This document shows positions 35,838 to 52,525 of a DNA stretch of 64,000 bases, piece by piece. The stretch covers positions 7,564,001 through 7,628,000 of the forward strand of contig CATOCA020000001.1 of NCBI GenBank assembly GCA_951406725.2, written 5' to 3'. Every line of letters begins with the position of its first letter. The stretch's first letter is position 1. Below the pieces are notes generated by a model, which worked only from the letters and a program-made list of their open reading frames with translations, did no database searches and was not told where the DNA came from. The position numbers and the translations under genes were made by a program. Source of the DNA: Octopus vulgaris (taxonomy: Eukaryota).

Positions 35838-35849
35838 TCTAGTTGTATA

Positions 35850-36212
35850 TTCTACGGATTACCTAAAATACACAAAAATCTACATATTTGTAAAGCTATT
35901 CATTAATGTTCCTTCCCCCACTGACCTCAAACTGAGACCCATCATTGCTGGACCTGCTTGTCAAGCCCACCGTTTGAGCAACTTCCTCGACATCTTACTC
36001 ATACCGTTTCTAAAATATATAAAAAGCCCCATCAAGGATGACTTAGACATGCTGAACCACCTCCCGAAGAGAATAAAAGAAGGAACCCTGTTAGTATCAT
36101 TTGATGTGGTGAATTTGTACACCGATATCCCACACCATTATGTTGTAGAAACGATCAAGTTCTGGCTTGAAAAATACTCAGAAGAGATCCCATGGCGCAT
36201 CAACCGCATCAC
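35850..36212 (+). pseudogene. Penelope-like element reverse transcriptase fragment
   Basis: FYGLPKIHK...DLKLRPIIAGP...RLSNFLDILLIPFL...LVSFDVVNLYTDIP are hallmark PLE RT motifs (1, 2, A). Confidence 0.9.
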
Positions 36213-36375
36213 CTTTACTCGAAGAAATCGACATCAGGACTTTGGAAGCCTAGTAGTAGTTATTCTATCATTCTCCTTTGCTGAACCGCCAGGTAACGGG
36301 TCGTAAACACACTAATATTGGTTGTCAAGTTATGGTGGGGTGACAAACGCAGAAACACAAACATATACATACATT

Positions 36376-36690
36376 ATGGCTGCCCCCTCGTTATCGAGTA
36401 TGGCCATTGCACGAAGCTTAACTGTTACATCGAATGTGACCTTTTAGCCCAGCTAAAGATCTACAATGTCTTGTACAAAATTGGCAACTAAGACCTTTAC
36501 TGGTAATAGCCGGCTGTAGTCGTATCTGGGCTTCATGTACCTTTGCATGTCGTTTAAGTCCTCCTGCCGTATTACACTCTCTTCCACATGCCCGACAGAT
36601 ATGATTAGTATGGTGTGTTACACCACCACCAGTGGCCAGGTAGTCACTCATCTGTCTCGTTTTATGACTACGAAGATGACTCATGAGTCC
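36376..36690 (-). mobile_element. 3' end of an RTE-type LINE encoding tandem C2H2-like fingers
   Basis: SHLRSH...CRACGRECNTAGGLKRHAKVH (Cx2Cx12Hx3H)...CQFCTRHCRSLAGLKGHIRC*, then the 3' stem-loop ctcgataacgag. Confidence 0.7.
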
Positions 36691-36707
36691 AGCTTTTCAT
36701 ACATGCA

Positions 36708-36745
<38 letters not shown>

Positions 36746-37063
36746 TGTGTATTCGACGGGCTTCTTTAAGTTTCTGTCTACCGAATTCATTGAGAAGACT
36801 GTAGTTAGCCCGAGGTTAAATTAGAAATCACTTGCCCATGGTGGCACGCACTGGGACTGAACCGGGAACCATATGGTTGACAAGCAATATATGTTATGCG
36901 TGTCTCTGTATGCGCGGGCGCGTGCGAGAGAGAGAGAGAGGGAGAGAGAAACAGAGAGATGGGCAGACAAACAGACAAATTTTGTTTATTAGTTTCTAGG
37001 AAACAGCAAAACACTCAACACGTCATTAATGATAAAAATTTGACGCAACCTTCGTCTTTCATG

Positions 37064-37128
<65 letters not shown>

Positions 37129-37323
37129 ATAATATATATTTAATATAGTGAGAGAGAAAGAGAGAGAGAGAAGCATTAGTGATAGCTTTGTGTTGCGTCA
37201 GTCACTGTGACGATTACGTGATTCTCCTTGTCCCTCCCTCCGCCTTCTTTGTAACGTGTCATGACATGAACCAGAGTAAACTTGTGAGCTGTTCTCGTAA
37301 CTGAATCATGAAAATATTAAATG

Positions 37324-37439
<116 letters not shown>

Positions 37440-37585
37440 CGTTGAAGGTGCAATGAAAGACAAATGTTACGTCAAATTATAATCAATAATATACCGAGCT
37501 CTGAAAACAGGAAAAGTTTTATTTCCTACATACTAATCAACATCATAAATAATATATCTGTCTATTGATCTCTCCGGTCTATCTA

Positions 37586-37640
<55 letters not shown>

Positions 37641-37641
37641 G

Positions 37642-37693
<52 letters not shown>

Positions 37694-37980
37694 ACTTATA
37701 TATATATATATATATCAACTTACTTGTCTATCTGTCTGTCTGTCTGTCTATCTATCCAAAAATATAGAATATATTATGTAATTAGAATTACGTAATTTGT
37801 TAATAGTAAAACAATTATTTATAATTAATCTATATTTTTGTTATTTTCATTTGTCTTGCTCGTTTACGTTTCTGGTGTTCTAAACTTTTTCCAGAACAAT
37901 TCTTAGTGGCGAATCTTCTACTAGCGTAAGGGTTTCCACATAGTGGGAAAAATTTCCCTTTTATATTCATGTATGAAATA

Positions 37981-38017
<37 letters not shown>

Positions 38018-38055
38018 TACTTGTGTGTGCGCGTGTGTGTATACATGTATGTATG

Positions 38056-38102
<47 letters not shown>

Positions 38103-39290
38103 GGTGTATATAGATACATGGATATATATATAATAATATGTATATATACATATAAATATGCATAATATGTATGTGTTTATATAAATACACATATATATAT
38201 TTATACCCATATATACATATATCTATATACATATTTATATGTGTGTGTGTGTTTGCCTGTGTGTATATAGGAATTTGTATATATTTATGCATGTATAGAT
38301 ACATGTGTGTACATATGTTTATGTATATGAGTGTAAGAGTGTGTATGTAATTATCTATATAGCTTTGAAACTTCGAACTGAAGGTCATTGTCAGAAATGG
38401 TTAGCCGCAGACAGATGCGTACCTGTTTCCATAGTAACAAGCAAAGCTACTATATAACTACATTTTAAACATTCATTTTTGAGTTTTCACTCCAAAATAT
38501 TGTATTGTCTTTTTCAAAATTAGGATATTGCTTTAATTTTCCTTCCGGAATCTAATTTTGTTATTTACCGTCGCAGATAAAACATTTAGAAAATTACGTA
38601 TAAACAGATTTCGCTAGCTAATTAATCCCAGCTAATGCACAGTTTTGTGGTTCCCTAAACATCAAAACTAAGCCCTAATTCAAAACTTTTATGCAATGAC
38701 TGAAGGGACCATAAAATATATGTATGTGTGTACGTATCTGTATATGTATGTATGCATGTATGTATGTATGTATGTATGTATGTATGTATGTATGTATGTA
38801 TGTATGTATGTATGTATGTATGTATGTATGTATGTATGTATGTATGTGTGTATGTGTGTATGTATGTATATATGTATGTATATATGTATGTAGGTATGTA
38901 TGTGCAAATATCACCTTCCAACTCCCTCTGAAATCCTTAGTTACCGTGCAATACTGAATACATTACAAATGACATCAACAGAAGCAAAATATCAATGTAT
39001 TGAACACAGTGGTGAGACCAAATCAATAATAATCATATTGACTAGGAAGTGTTGTGGTAGGAGATAAAGACAAAAAGAAAGGCCATGATAAATTTCATAA
39101 ATAAAGTCCAATTAAAGGGTTTGATTTGTGGTAAGATGTTCATTTTGTTTAGAAAAAAACGTAATTAAGTTTAGGAAGATAGGTTCGACAACTTAGAACA
39201 GTGAAGTTGCCCCTTCTTAAAGTAATGTTTAAATAATTTTGTCTTAAAATCAAAACTTATGTTATATATATATGCATATATATATGTATG

Positions 39291-39346
<56 letters not shown>

Positions 39347-40644
39347 TATATACATATCTATGTATATATGTATATGTAACTATATATATATACATATATG
39401 TATATATATATATATATATATAACTATATATATATACATATATACATACATATGTATATATATATATATACATACACTTATTTCTAAATATACGTATATG
39501 TGTATACATATATATACATGTTTATATGTTTGTGTGTGTGTATATATATATATACATATTTATATATATATACGTATATGTGTATACATATATACATATA
39601 TAATCATATATATATATATATACATATATACGTGTATATATACATACGTTTTTGAATATATACATATATGTATACATATATATATATGTTTATATGTTTG
39701 CGCGTGTGTATATATACAGTTGTATATGTATATATGTGTATATATATATGTTTGTAGGAGCGTGTATGTAGTCTTTCATATTACATTAAAATCCCGTTGT
39801 CTTGAAGTCGGATAAGTCCACCACACGGTTCCGTCGAACATTTTCTGTGCCCGACCCCAACACAGTTTTATATGTTAAAAGCAACGGTTACCTCGAACGA
39901 AGTCGAACATTCACTTAAGGCCAAGTAAAAGTGGCTTCTATTAATATAATAATACCTTACATTTACTCCTACCGTCTCGAAATGAAAAGGGAAATTTAGT
40001 CGAATACACTTCAGAATTTTTTGCTATTATATTTATAGTAATACTCTGTTATATACAAACTATACAGTTTATAAGTATGTATTTTGGAGAATCACAAACG
40101 AAAGTTAGTAAACGAAATTCGCATTTACTGTTCAGGAGTATTTGAAACCAGAAATGAGTAAAAAAGCCTGATATTTATTTGATTATGAAAATATTACAAT
40201 GTGTAGTAGTCATACGTTTTGGTATTAAAGTGTTCACAGTAACACAACTCTTCATTGCATTACATTAAATTATAACAATGTTAATATTTTAATTCCTTTC
40301 ATATAATCTATAAACTCTCCCTCAGATAGACTCTCTCTTACTCTCTCTCTCTCTCTCTCTCACTTTCTGTCTCTCTCTGTCTTTGTCTCTCACTCTCTGA
40401 GCAGCCTTTTGCATCGAATCTTTTGAAATTGTTGACATGTTGTCTTGGTTTCTTCCCAATCATGCACACACACATACACACACACATGTGTGTGTGTGTG
40501 TGTGTATGTGTGTGTGTGTGTGTGCGTGTGTGTGTGTGAAAGACGATGCTCCAGCATTGCGGCAGTCAAATGACTGAAAAAATAAAAGAATAAAAGGCAA
40601 TGAATTACAGGAACCTGGGTCATTCGTTTCTAAAGAAAACTGCC

Positions 40645-40880
40645 GAATCTACAATGTCTTGTACAAAATTGGCAACAAAATAATTTACTGGTAATAGCCG
40701 GCTGTAGTCGTATCTGGGCTTCATGTACCTTTGCATGTCGTTTAAGTCCTCCTGCCGTATTACACTCACTTGCATATGCCCGACAGATATGATTAGTATG
40801 GTGTGTTACACCACCACCAGTGGTTAGGTTGTCACTCATCTGTCTCGTTTTATGAATACGAAGATGACTCATGAGTCCAG
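40645..40880 (-). pseudogene. Truncated duplicate of the RTE zinc-finger fragment (also 47310-47550 and 50885-51125)
   Basis: CRAYASEC (Cys lost); all three copies have the same breakpoint. Confidence 0.75.
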
Positions 40881-41335
40881 CTTTTCATACATACATAGAT
40901 GTGTGTGTGTTGTGTGTGTGTGTGTGTATTCGACGGGCTTCTTTCAGTTTCTGTCTACCGAATTCACTGAGAAGACTTTAGGTAGCCCGAGTTTAAAGTA
41001 GAAATCACTTGCCCATGGTGGCACGCACTGGGACTGAACCGGGAACCATATGGTTGGCAAGCAATATGTATATGTTATGCGTGTCTCTGTATGCGCGGGC
41101 GCGGGCGAGAGAGAGAGAGAGAGAGAAAGAAAGAGAGAAAGAGAGAGAGAAACAGAGAGATGGGCAGATAGAGACATTCTGTTGTTGATCAGTTTCTAGG
41201 AAACAGCAAATCACTCAATACCTCATTGATGATAATGATTTGACGCAACCTTCGTCTTTCTTGGCAAATTCATCCACGCGCACACACACACACTCACACA
41301 AACACACACACAATATAATATATATTTAATATAGT

Positions 41336-41370
<35 letters not shown>

Positions 41371-41570
41371 GGAGGGAGAGGGAGGGTTTGGGGAGAGCGA
41401 TGTATGCATTGTTGATAGTTTTGTGTTGCGTCAGTGACTGTGTCTATTCCTTGCTCCTCCTTATCCCTCCCTCCGCCTTCTTTGTAACGTGTCATGACAT
41501 GAACCAGAGTAAACTTCTGAGCTTTTCTCGTACCTGTATTATGAAAACATTAAATGGTTCGTGTGTGCGT

Positions 41571-41607
<37 letters not shown>

Positions 41608-41787
41608 TGTGTGTCGTTGAAGGTGCAATGAAAGACAAATGTTACGTCAAATTATAATCAATAATATATCGATCTCTGAAAACAGGAAAGGTTTTGTTTC
41701 CTAGGTACTGATCAACATCACAAATAATATATCTGTCTATCGATCTCTCCGCCCGCCTGTCGGTCTATCTATCTCTCTATCTATCTC

Positions 41788-41859
<72 letters not shown>

Positions 41860-41871
41860 GATATCTATCTA

Positions 41872-41944
<73 letters not shown>

Positions 41945-42209
41945 CAATTTACTTGTCTATCCGTCTGTCTGTCTGTCTATCTATCCAACAATATAGAATT
42001 TCTTATGTAATTAGAATTACGTAATTTGTTAATAGTGAAACAATTGTTTATGTTTAATCTATATTTTTGTTATTTTCATTTGTCTTGCTCGCTTACGTTT
42101 CTGGTGTTCTAAATTTTCTCCAGAACAATTCTTAGTGGCGAATCTTCTACTAGCGTAAGGGATTCCACATAGTGGGAAAAATGTCCCAATTATATTTACG
42201 TATGAAATA

Positions 42210-42258
<49 letters not shown>

Positions 42259-42288
42259 TATTTGTGTGTGTGCGTGTGTGTATACATG

Positions 42289-42320
<32 letters not shown>

Positions 42321-43063
42321 CCCTGAGAGAAATGTTGGACTTAAGGAGCATCAGTTGTGGTGTGCAAGAGAGGCGTTTGCGCTGGTATGGTCATGTGGCG
42401 AGAATCGATGAAGATAGGTGTGTGAAAAAGTGCCAATCCTTAGCAGTGGAGGGAACCCGTGGAAGAGGTATACCCAGGAAAACCTAGGACGAGGTGGTAA
42501 AGCATGACCTTCGAACTTTAGGTCTCACCGAGGAAATGACCTGCGACCGAGAACTTTGGAAATATGCTGTGCGTGAAAAGACCAGGCAGGACAAGTGAGT
42601 CCAGCCCATTTATGCCTGCCTTTCCTCCCTTGGACACACAAAGACCTGTTGAGGCAAGCGGAGTCGATATCGAACCTCATCCGACGACAGGCACCTATGC
42701 CTACCCCCTCTGCTTGCGAAGACCTGTTGGGGCAAGTGAAATCGAAATCGAAATCGGAATCGAAATTGAACGAATCCTATGACTGGCACCTGGCAGATGC
42801 CAGGACCCCTGGACTGGAGATACGTAAAAAGCACCATCCGAATCGTGGCCGATGCCAGCCTCGCCTGGCTCCAGTGCAGGTGGCACGTAAAAAGCACCCA
42901 CTACACTCACGGAGTGGTTGGCGTTAGGAAGGGCAGCCAGCTGTAGAAACATTGCCAGATAAGACCGGAGCCTGGGGCAGCCTTCTGGGTTCCCAGATCC
43001 GCGGTCGAACCGTCCAACCCATGGAAAACGGACGTTAAACGATGATGATGATGATGATGATGA
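42321..43063 (+). mobile_element. 5'-truncated RTE-clade LINE (ORF end, 3' UTR, (GAT)n tail)
   Basis: ERRLRWYGHVARIDEDRCVKK...EGTRGRGIPRKT*DEVVKHDL...DRELWK. Confidence 0.9.
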
Positions 43064-44725
43064 TATATATATATATATATGCATATATGTGTATATGTAT
43101 ATATATATACACATATATACTTTGGTGTGTGTATATGAATTTATATATGTGTTTATGTATCTATAGATATATATGTATATATGAGTATATATATTTTTGT
43201 GAGAGCGTGCAGTAAAATCTCCGTATGTTAAAGTTCGGCTGTGTTGAAATTTTTCGGGCCCCGCCCCCAAGACACAGTTATATTTGTTAAAAGCCACACT
43301 TAACTCCAAGTCGGATAAGTCGAACATTCGGGAAACTCGAAATACATTGGGTTTGTATCAATTAATAATACTATAAAGTTGGTCCTATTGTCTCCAAGTG
43401 GAAAGAGAAATTTAATCGAATGAACATCAGGTTTTTCGCTATTATAATACAGTAATACTCTGTTATATACAAACTATACACTTTATAATTATGTATTTTG
43501 GAGAATCACAAACGGAAGCTAGAACATATGCTTGTTTCGCATTTACACTTCCTGAGTATTTGAAAACAGAAGAGGATTACAATGTTGTCAAATGTTGTCA
43601 AATGTTTTGACTGTAAATGTTTTCAACACAACTCTTCATAGCGTAACATGAAATTATAACACTTGTTATTTTGAATCCATTCCTATAATCTATAAACTGC
43701 CTGGAAGATACTGTCTGTCTGTCTGTCCCTGTCTCTCACTCTCACACACTCTCTCACTCTCACCTCTCTCTCACACTCTCTCTCTCACTCTCTTTCACTC
43801 TCTCTTACACTCTCTCACTCTCTCTCTCGCTCACAAACACGCCTTTTGTATCCGATTCATTGTACTTGTTGGCTTGTTGCCATGCACAAGTACACACACA
43901 CAGACAGACAGACAGACACACACACACACAAACACACCCACACACAAAAAGATATCAATTGTTGCAGAGAAATATCTAGGAAAATATATATAAAATATGT
44001 CACTAATTAATTAATCCCAGCTAATGTATGTACGTACGCATGTTTTAAGCATGTAAGTATGAATGTATGTATGTAAGTATTAATGTATGTATGTATATAT
44101 GTATGTATACATGTATGCATTTATGTATATATGTATGTATGTATATATGCATGCATGCACGCAAGCATGGTTGCATGCATGTATGTATGTATGTATGTCT
44201 TTATGTACATATGTATGTATGTATTTATGTATGCATATCATTTTCCGACTCCATCTGAAGTCCTTAGTTACGCTGCAATACTGAATACATTACAGACTCC
44301 ATCAACAAAAGCAAAATGTCAATGTATTGAACAAAATAGTGACAACCGAAAAATCAATCTTAAAAATAGTGACTAACAAATATTGTAGTAGGAGAAAAAG
44401 GCAGAAATAAGAGCCATGATAAAGTAGATAAATGATGTCCAGGAAAACAATTTGATTGGCTGAAAAACTTTCATTGTGTTTGCAAAATACATAATTAAGT
44501 ATAGGAAGATTGGTTATTCATTTCTAGAGAAAACTGCCGAATAGAAACATTTATACAGTGAAGTTGAATTTTTTAAGGTAATGTTAAATGATTTATCTCT
44601 TAAAATGGACACTTATGTTATAATCTCAAAGGGGTTATCTCATGATAAAATTGTTATATAATGAAATGATATATATATATAGATGTGTATATATATATAT
44701 ATGTATGTATGTGTGTGTGTTTATA

Positions 44726-44778
<53 letters not shown>

Positions 44779-45974
44779 GTATGTATATATATGCATGTAC
44801 TTATATACACTTATATATAAATATATATATAAACACACACACATGTATACATATATATATATACATATGTATATATACATATAAATATGCGTAACATGTG
44901 TGTGTCTATATACATACATATATATGTATATATATATATTATACATATATATATATATATGTATATACATATTTATATGTGTTTGTGTGTTTGCCTGTGT
45001 ATATAGGAATTTATATATATTTATGCATGTATAGATAGATATGTGTACATATGTTAATGTATATGTGTGAAAGAGTGTGTATGTAATTATCTATATAACA
45101 TTGAAACTTCGAACAGAAGGTCATTGTCAGAAATGGTTAGACGCAGACACATGCGTACCTGTTTCCATAGTAACAAGCAAAGCTACTATATAACTACATT
45201 TTAAACATTCATTTTTGAGTTTTCACTCCAAAACATTGTATTGTCTTTTTCAAAATTAGGATATTGCTTTAATTTTCCTTCCGGAATCTAATTTTGTTAT
45301 TTACCGTCGCAGAAAAAACTTTTAGAAAATTACGTATAAACAGATTTCGCTAGCTAATTAATCCCAGCTAATGCACAGTTTTGTGGGGCCCTAAACATCA
45401 ACACTAAGCCCCAATTCAAAACTTTCATGCAATGACTGAAAGTATGTGTGTACGTATCTTTGAATGTATGTATGTATAAATATGTGTATATATATATGTA
45501 TGTATATATGTATATAGGCATATATGCAAATATCACCTTCCAGCCCCCTCCGAAATCCTTGGTTACCGTGCAATACTGAATACATTACAAATGACATCAA
45601 CAGAAGCAAAATATCAATGTATTGAACACAATGGTGAGACCAAATCAATAATAATCATATTGACTAGGAAGTGTTGTGGTAGGAGATAAAGACAGAAAGA
45701 AAGGCCATGATAAATTTCATAAATAAAGTCCAATTAAAGGGTTTGATTTGTGGCAAGATGTTCATTTTGTTTAGAAAAAAACGTAATTAAGTTTAGGAAG
45801 ATAGGTTCGACACATTAGAACAGTGAAGTTGCCCCTTCTTAAAGTAATGTTTAAGTAATTTTGTCTTTAAAATCAAAACTTATGTTATAATTTCAATGCT
45901 ATAATCTCATGATAGAATTGAAATATGATTATATATATATGCACATATATATGTATATATATATATATATATAT

Positions 45975-46037
<63 letters not shown>

Positions 46038-46110
46038 CTATATGTAACTATATATATATACATATATGTTATATATATATATAACTATATATATATACAT
46101 ATATACATAC

Positions 46111-46151
<41 letters not shown>

Positions 46152-47168
46152 CACATATTTATAAATATACGTATATGTGTATACATATATATACATGTTT
46201 ATATGTTTGTGTGTGTATATATATATATATACATATTTATATATATACGTATATGTGTATACATATATACATATATAATCATATATATATATATATATAC
46301 ATATATATGTGTATATATACATACGTGTTTGAATATACGTATATATGTATACATATATATATGTTTATATGTTTGCGCGTGTGTATATATACAGTTGTAT
46401 ATGTATATATATGTGTATATACATATGATTGTAGGAGCGTGTATGTAGTCTTTCATATTACATTAAAATCCCGTTGTCTGGAAGTCGGATAAGTCCACCA
46501 CACGGTTCCGTCGAACATTTTCTGTGCCCGACCCCAAGACACATTTTTACATTTTAAAAGCAACGCTTAACTCGAACGCTTAACATTCACTTAATGCCAT
46601 GCAAAGGTGGATTCTATTAATATAATAATACTTTACATTTACTCCTACCGTCTCGAAATGAAAAGGGAACTTTAGTCGAATACACTTCAGAATTTTTTGC
46701 TATTATAGTTATAGTAATACTCTGTTATATACAAACTATACAGTTTATAAGAATGTGTTTTGGGGAATCACAAACGAAAGTTAGTAAACGAAATTCGCAT
46801 TTACTGTTCAGGAGTATTTGAAACCAGAAATGAGTAAAAAAGCCTGATATTTATTTGATTATGAAAAGATTACAATGTGTAGTAGTCATACGTTTTGGTA
46901 TTAAAGTGTACACAGTATCACAACTCTTCATTGCATTACATTAAATTATAACAATGTTAATATTTTAATTCCTTTCATATAATCTATAAACTCTCCCTCA
47001 GATAGACTCTCTCTTACTCTCTCTCTCTCTCTCTCACTTTCTGTCTCTCTCTGTCTTTGTCTCTCACTCTCTGAGCAGCCTTTTGCATCGGATCTTTTGA
47101 AATTGTTGACATGTCTTGGTTTCTTCCCAATAATGCACACACACACACACACACACATGTGTGTGTGT

Positions 47169-47210
<42 letters not shown>

Positions 47211-47565
47211 CGATGCTCCAGCATTGCGGCAGTCAAATGACTGAAAAAATAAAAGAATAAAAGGCAATGAATTACAGGAACCTGGGTCATTCGTTTCTAA
47301 AGAAAACTGCCGAATCTACAATGTCTTGTACAAAATTGGCAACAAAATCATTTACTGGTAATAGCCGGCTGTAGTCGTATCTGGGCTTCATGTACCTTTG
47401 CATGTCGTTTAAGTCCTGCTGCCGTATTACACTCACTTGCATATGCCCGACAGATATGATTAGTATGGTGTGTTACACCACCACCAGTGGTTAGGTTGTC
47501 ACTCATCTGTCTCGTTTTATGAATACGAAGATGACTCATGAGTCCAGCTTTTCATACATACATAG

Positions 47566-47609
<44 letters not shown>

Positions 47610-49416
47610 TCGACGGGCTTCTTTCAGTTTCTGTCAACCGAATTCACTGAGAAGACTTTAGGTAGCCCGAGGTTAAAGTAGAAATCACTTGCCCATGGTG
47701 GCACGCACTGGGACTGAACCGGGAACCATATGGTTGGCAAGCAATATGTATATGTTATGCGTGTCTCTGTATGCGCGGGCGCGTGCGAGAGAGAGAGAGA
47801 GAAAGAAAGAGAGAAAGAGAGAGAGAAACAGAGAGATGGGCAGATAGAGACATTCTGTTGTTTATCAGTTTCTAGGAAACAGCAAATCACTCAATACCTC
47901 ATTGATGATAATGATTTGACGCAACCTTCGTCTTTCATGGCAAATTCACCCACGCGCACACACACACACTCACACAAACACACACACAATATAATATATA
48001 TTTAATATAGTGACAGAGAAAGAGAGAGAGAGAGAGAAAGAGGGAGGGAGGGTGTGGGAGGGTTTGGGGAGAGCAATGTATGCATTGTTGATAGTTTTAA
48101 GATGGACACTTATGTTATAATCTCAAAGGGGTAATCTCATGATAACATTGTTATATAATGAAATGAAATATATATATATATATATATATAATATATAGGT
48201 GTATATAAATACATGGATATATATATAATAATATGTATATATACATATAAATATGCATAATATGTATGTGTTTATATACATACACATATATATATTTATA
48301 CCCATATATACATATATCTATATACATATTTATATGTGTGTGTGTGTTTGCCTGTGTGTATATTGGAATTAATATATATTTATGCATGTATAGATAGATA
48401 TGTGTACATATGTTTATGTATATGTGTGTAAGAGTGTGTATGTAATTATCTATATAACGTTGAAACTTCGAACAGAAGGTCATTTTCAGAAATGGTTAGC
48501 CGCAGTCACATACGTACCTGTTTCCATAGTAACAAGCAAAGCTACTATATAACTACATTTTAAACATTCATTTTTGAGTTTTCACTCCAAAATATTGTAT
48601 TGTCTTTTCAAAATTAGGATATTGCTTTAAAATTCCTTCCGGAATCTAATTTTGTTATTTTCCGTCGCAGATAAAACATTTAGAAAATTACGTGTAAACA
48701 GATTTCGCTAGCTAATTAATCCCAGCTAATGCACAGTTTTGTGGTTCCCTAAACATCAAAACTAAGCCCTAATTCAAAACTTTTATGCAATGACTGAAGG
48801 GACCATAAAATATATGTATGTGTGTACGTATCTGTATATGTATGTATGCATGTATGTATGTAGGTATGTAAGTATGTATGTATGTATGTATGTATGTATG
48901 TATGTATGTATGTATGTATGTATGTATGTATGTATGTATGTGTGTGTGTATGTGTGTATGTATGTATATATGTATGTATATATGTATGTAGGTATGTATG
49001 TGCAAATATCACCTTCCAACTCCCTCTGAAATCCTTAGTTACCGTGCGATACTGAATACATTACAAATGACATCAACAGAAGCAAAATATCAATGTATTG
49101 AACACAATGGTTAGACCAAATCAATAATAATCATATTGACTAGGAAGTGTTGTGGTAGGAGATAAAGACAAAAAGAACAGCCATGATAAATTTCATAAAT
49201 AAAGTCTAATTAAAGGGTTTGATTTGTGACAAGTTGTTCATTTTGTTTAGAAAAAAACGTAATTAAGTTTAGGAAGATAGGTTCGACACCTTAGAACAGT
49301 GAAGTTGCCCCTTCTTAAAGTAATGTAAAAGTAATTTTGTCTTAAAATCAAAACTTATGTTATAATTTCAATGCTGTAATCTCATGATAGAATTGATATA
49401 TGATTATATATATATG

Positions 49417-49523
<107 letters not shown>

Positions 49524-49542
49524 TTTTATATATATATATATA

Positions 49543-49641
<99 letters not shown>

Positions 49642-49855
49642 ATATATATATATATAACATATACTTATATATATATAACTATATATATATACATATATAC
49701 ATACATATGTTATATATATATATATATATACATATTTATAAATATACGTATATGTGTATACATAATATATGTTTATATGTTTGCGTGTGTGTATATATAT
49801 ATATATACATATTTATATATATATACGTATATGTGTATACATATATACATATATA

Positions 49856-49890
<35 letters not shown>

Positions 49891-50728
49891 ATATATACAT
49901 ACGTGTTTGAATATATATATATGTATACATATATATATGTTTATATGTTTGCGCGTGTGTATATATACAGTTGTATATGTATATATGTGTATATATATAT
50001 GTTTGTAGAGTGTGTATGTAGTCTTTCATATTACATTAAAATCCCGTTGTCTTTAAGTCGGATAAGTCCACCACACGGTTCCGTCGAACATTTTCTGTGC
50101 CCGACCCCAAGACACAGTTTTATATGTTAAAAGCAACGCCTAACTCGAACGAAGTCGAACATTCACTTAAGGCCAAGTAAAGTGGATTCTATTAATATAA
50201 TAATACTTTACATTTACTCCTACCGTCTCGATATGAAAAGGGAACTTTAGTCGAATACACTTCAGAATTTTTTGCTATTATATTTATAGTAATACTCTGT
50301 TATATACAAACTATACAGTTTATAAGTATGTATTTTGGAGAATCACAAACGAAAGTTAGTAAACGAAATTCGCATTTACTGTTCAGGAGTATTTGAAACC
50401 AGAAATGAGTAAAAAAGCCTGATATTTATTTGATTATGAAAAGATTACAATGTGTAGTAGTCATACGTTTTGGTATTAAAGTGTTCACAGTATCACAACT
50501 CTTCATTGCATTACATTAAATTATAACAATGTTAATATTTTAATTCCTTTCATATAATCTATAAACTCTCCCTCAGATAGACTCTCTCTTACTCTCTCTC
50601 TCTCTCTCACTTTCTGTCTCTCTCTGTCTTTGTCTCTCACTCTCTGAGCAGCCTTTTGCATCGGATCTTTTGAAATTGTTGACTGATGTCTTGGTTTCTT
50701 CCCAATCATGCACACACACACACACACA

Positions 50729-50767
<39 letters not shown>

Positions 50768-51140
50768 GTGTGTGTGTGTGTAAGACGATGCTCCAGCATT
50801 GCGGCAGTCAAATGACTGAAAAAATAAAAGAATAAAAGGCAATGAATTACAGGAACCTGGGTCATTCGTTTCTAAAGAAAACTGCCGAATCTACAATGTC
50901 TTGTACAAAATTGGCAACAAAATGATTTACTGGTAATAGCCGGCTGTAGTCGTATCTGGGCTTCATGTACCTTTGCATGTCGTTTAAGTCCTCCTGCCGT
51001 ATTACACTCACTTGCATATGCCCGACAGATATGATTAGTATGGTGTGTTACACCACCACCACTGGTTAGGTTGTCACTCATCTGTCTCGTTTTATGAATA
51101 CGAAGATGACTCATGAGTCCAGCTTTTCATACATACATAG

Positions 51141-51174
<34 letters not shown>

Positions 51175-51799
51175 TCGACGGGCTTCTTTCAGTTTCTGTC
51201 TACCGAATACACTGTGAAGACTTTAGGTAGCCCGAGTTTAAAGTAGAAAACTCTTGCCCATGGTGGCACGCACTGGGACTGAACCGGGAAGCAATATGTA
51301 TATGTTATGCGTGTCTCTATATGCGCGGGCGCGGGCGAGAGAGAGAGAGAGAGAAAGAAAGAGAGAAAGAGAGAGAGAAACAGAGAGATGAGCAGATAGA
51401 GACATTCTGTTGTTTATCAGTTTCTAGGAAACAGCAAATCACTCAATACCTCATTCATGATAATGATTTGTCGCAACCTTCGTCTTTCATGGCAAATTCA
51501 CCCACGCGCACACACACACACTCACACAAACACACACACAATATAATATATATTTAATATAGTGACAGAGAAAGAGAGAGAGAGAGAGAGAGAGAGGGAA
51601 GAGGGAGGGAGAGGGAGGGTTTGGGGAGAGCGATGTATGCATTGTTGATAGTTTTGTGTTGCGTCAGTGACTGTGTCGATTCCTTGCTCCTCCTTGTCCC
51701 TCCCTCCGCCTTCTTTGTAACGTGCCATGACATGAAGCAGAGTAAACTTGTGAGCTTTTCTCGTACCTGTATTATGAAAACATTAAATGGTTCGTGAGT

Positions 51800-51836
<37 letters not shown>

Positions 51837-52000
51837 TGTGTGTCGTTGAAGGTGCAATGAAAGACAAATGTTACGTCAAATTATAATCAATAACATATCG
51901 AGCTCTGAAAACAGGAAAGGTTTTATTTCTTAGATACTGATCAACATCACAAATAATATACCTGTCTATTGATCTCTACGGTCTATCTATCTGTCTGTCG

Positions 52001-52159
<159 letters not shown>

Positions 52160-52424
52160 CAACTTACTTGTCTATCCGTCTGTCTGTCTGTCTATCTATC
52201 CAACAATATAGAATTTATTATGTAATTAGAATTACGTAATTTGTTAATAGTGAAACAATTGTTTATGATTAATCTATATTTTTGTTATTTTCATTTGTCT
52301 TGCTCGCTTACGTTTCTGGTGTTCTAAATTTTCTCCAGAACAATTCTTAGTGGCGAATCTTCTACTAGCGTAAGGGTTTCCACATAGTGGGGAAAATGTC
52401 CCAATTATATTTATGTATGAAATA

Positions 52425-52478
<54 letters not shown>

Positions 52479-52525
52479 GTGTGTGCGTGTGTGTATACAT
52501 GTATGTATATATATATTTATATATA

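Noticed and set aside
36418-36684. Host C2H2 zinc-finger gene exon
   Set aside because: There are no TGEKP linkers, an RTE-type 3' stem-loop follows, and a relative at 17170 is attached to RTE ORF sequence.
43208-43617. Possible ancient pogo/Tigger-like MITE (cagtaaaatctcc ... ttttgactgta; agtcggataagtcgaa motifs)
   Set aside because: The putative terminal repeats are too degenerate to support by eye.
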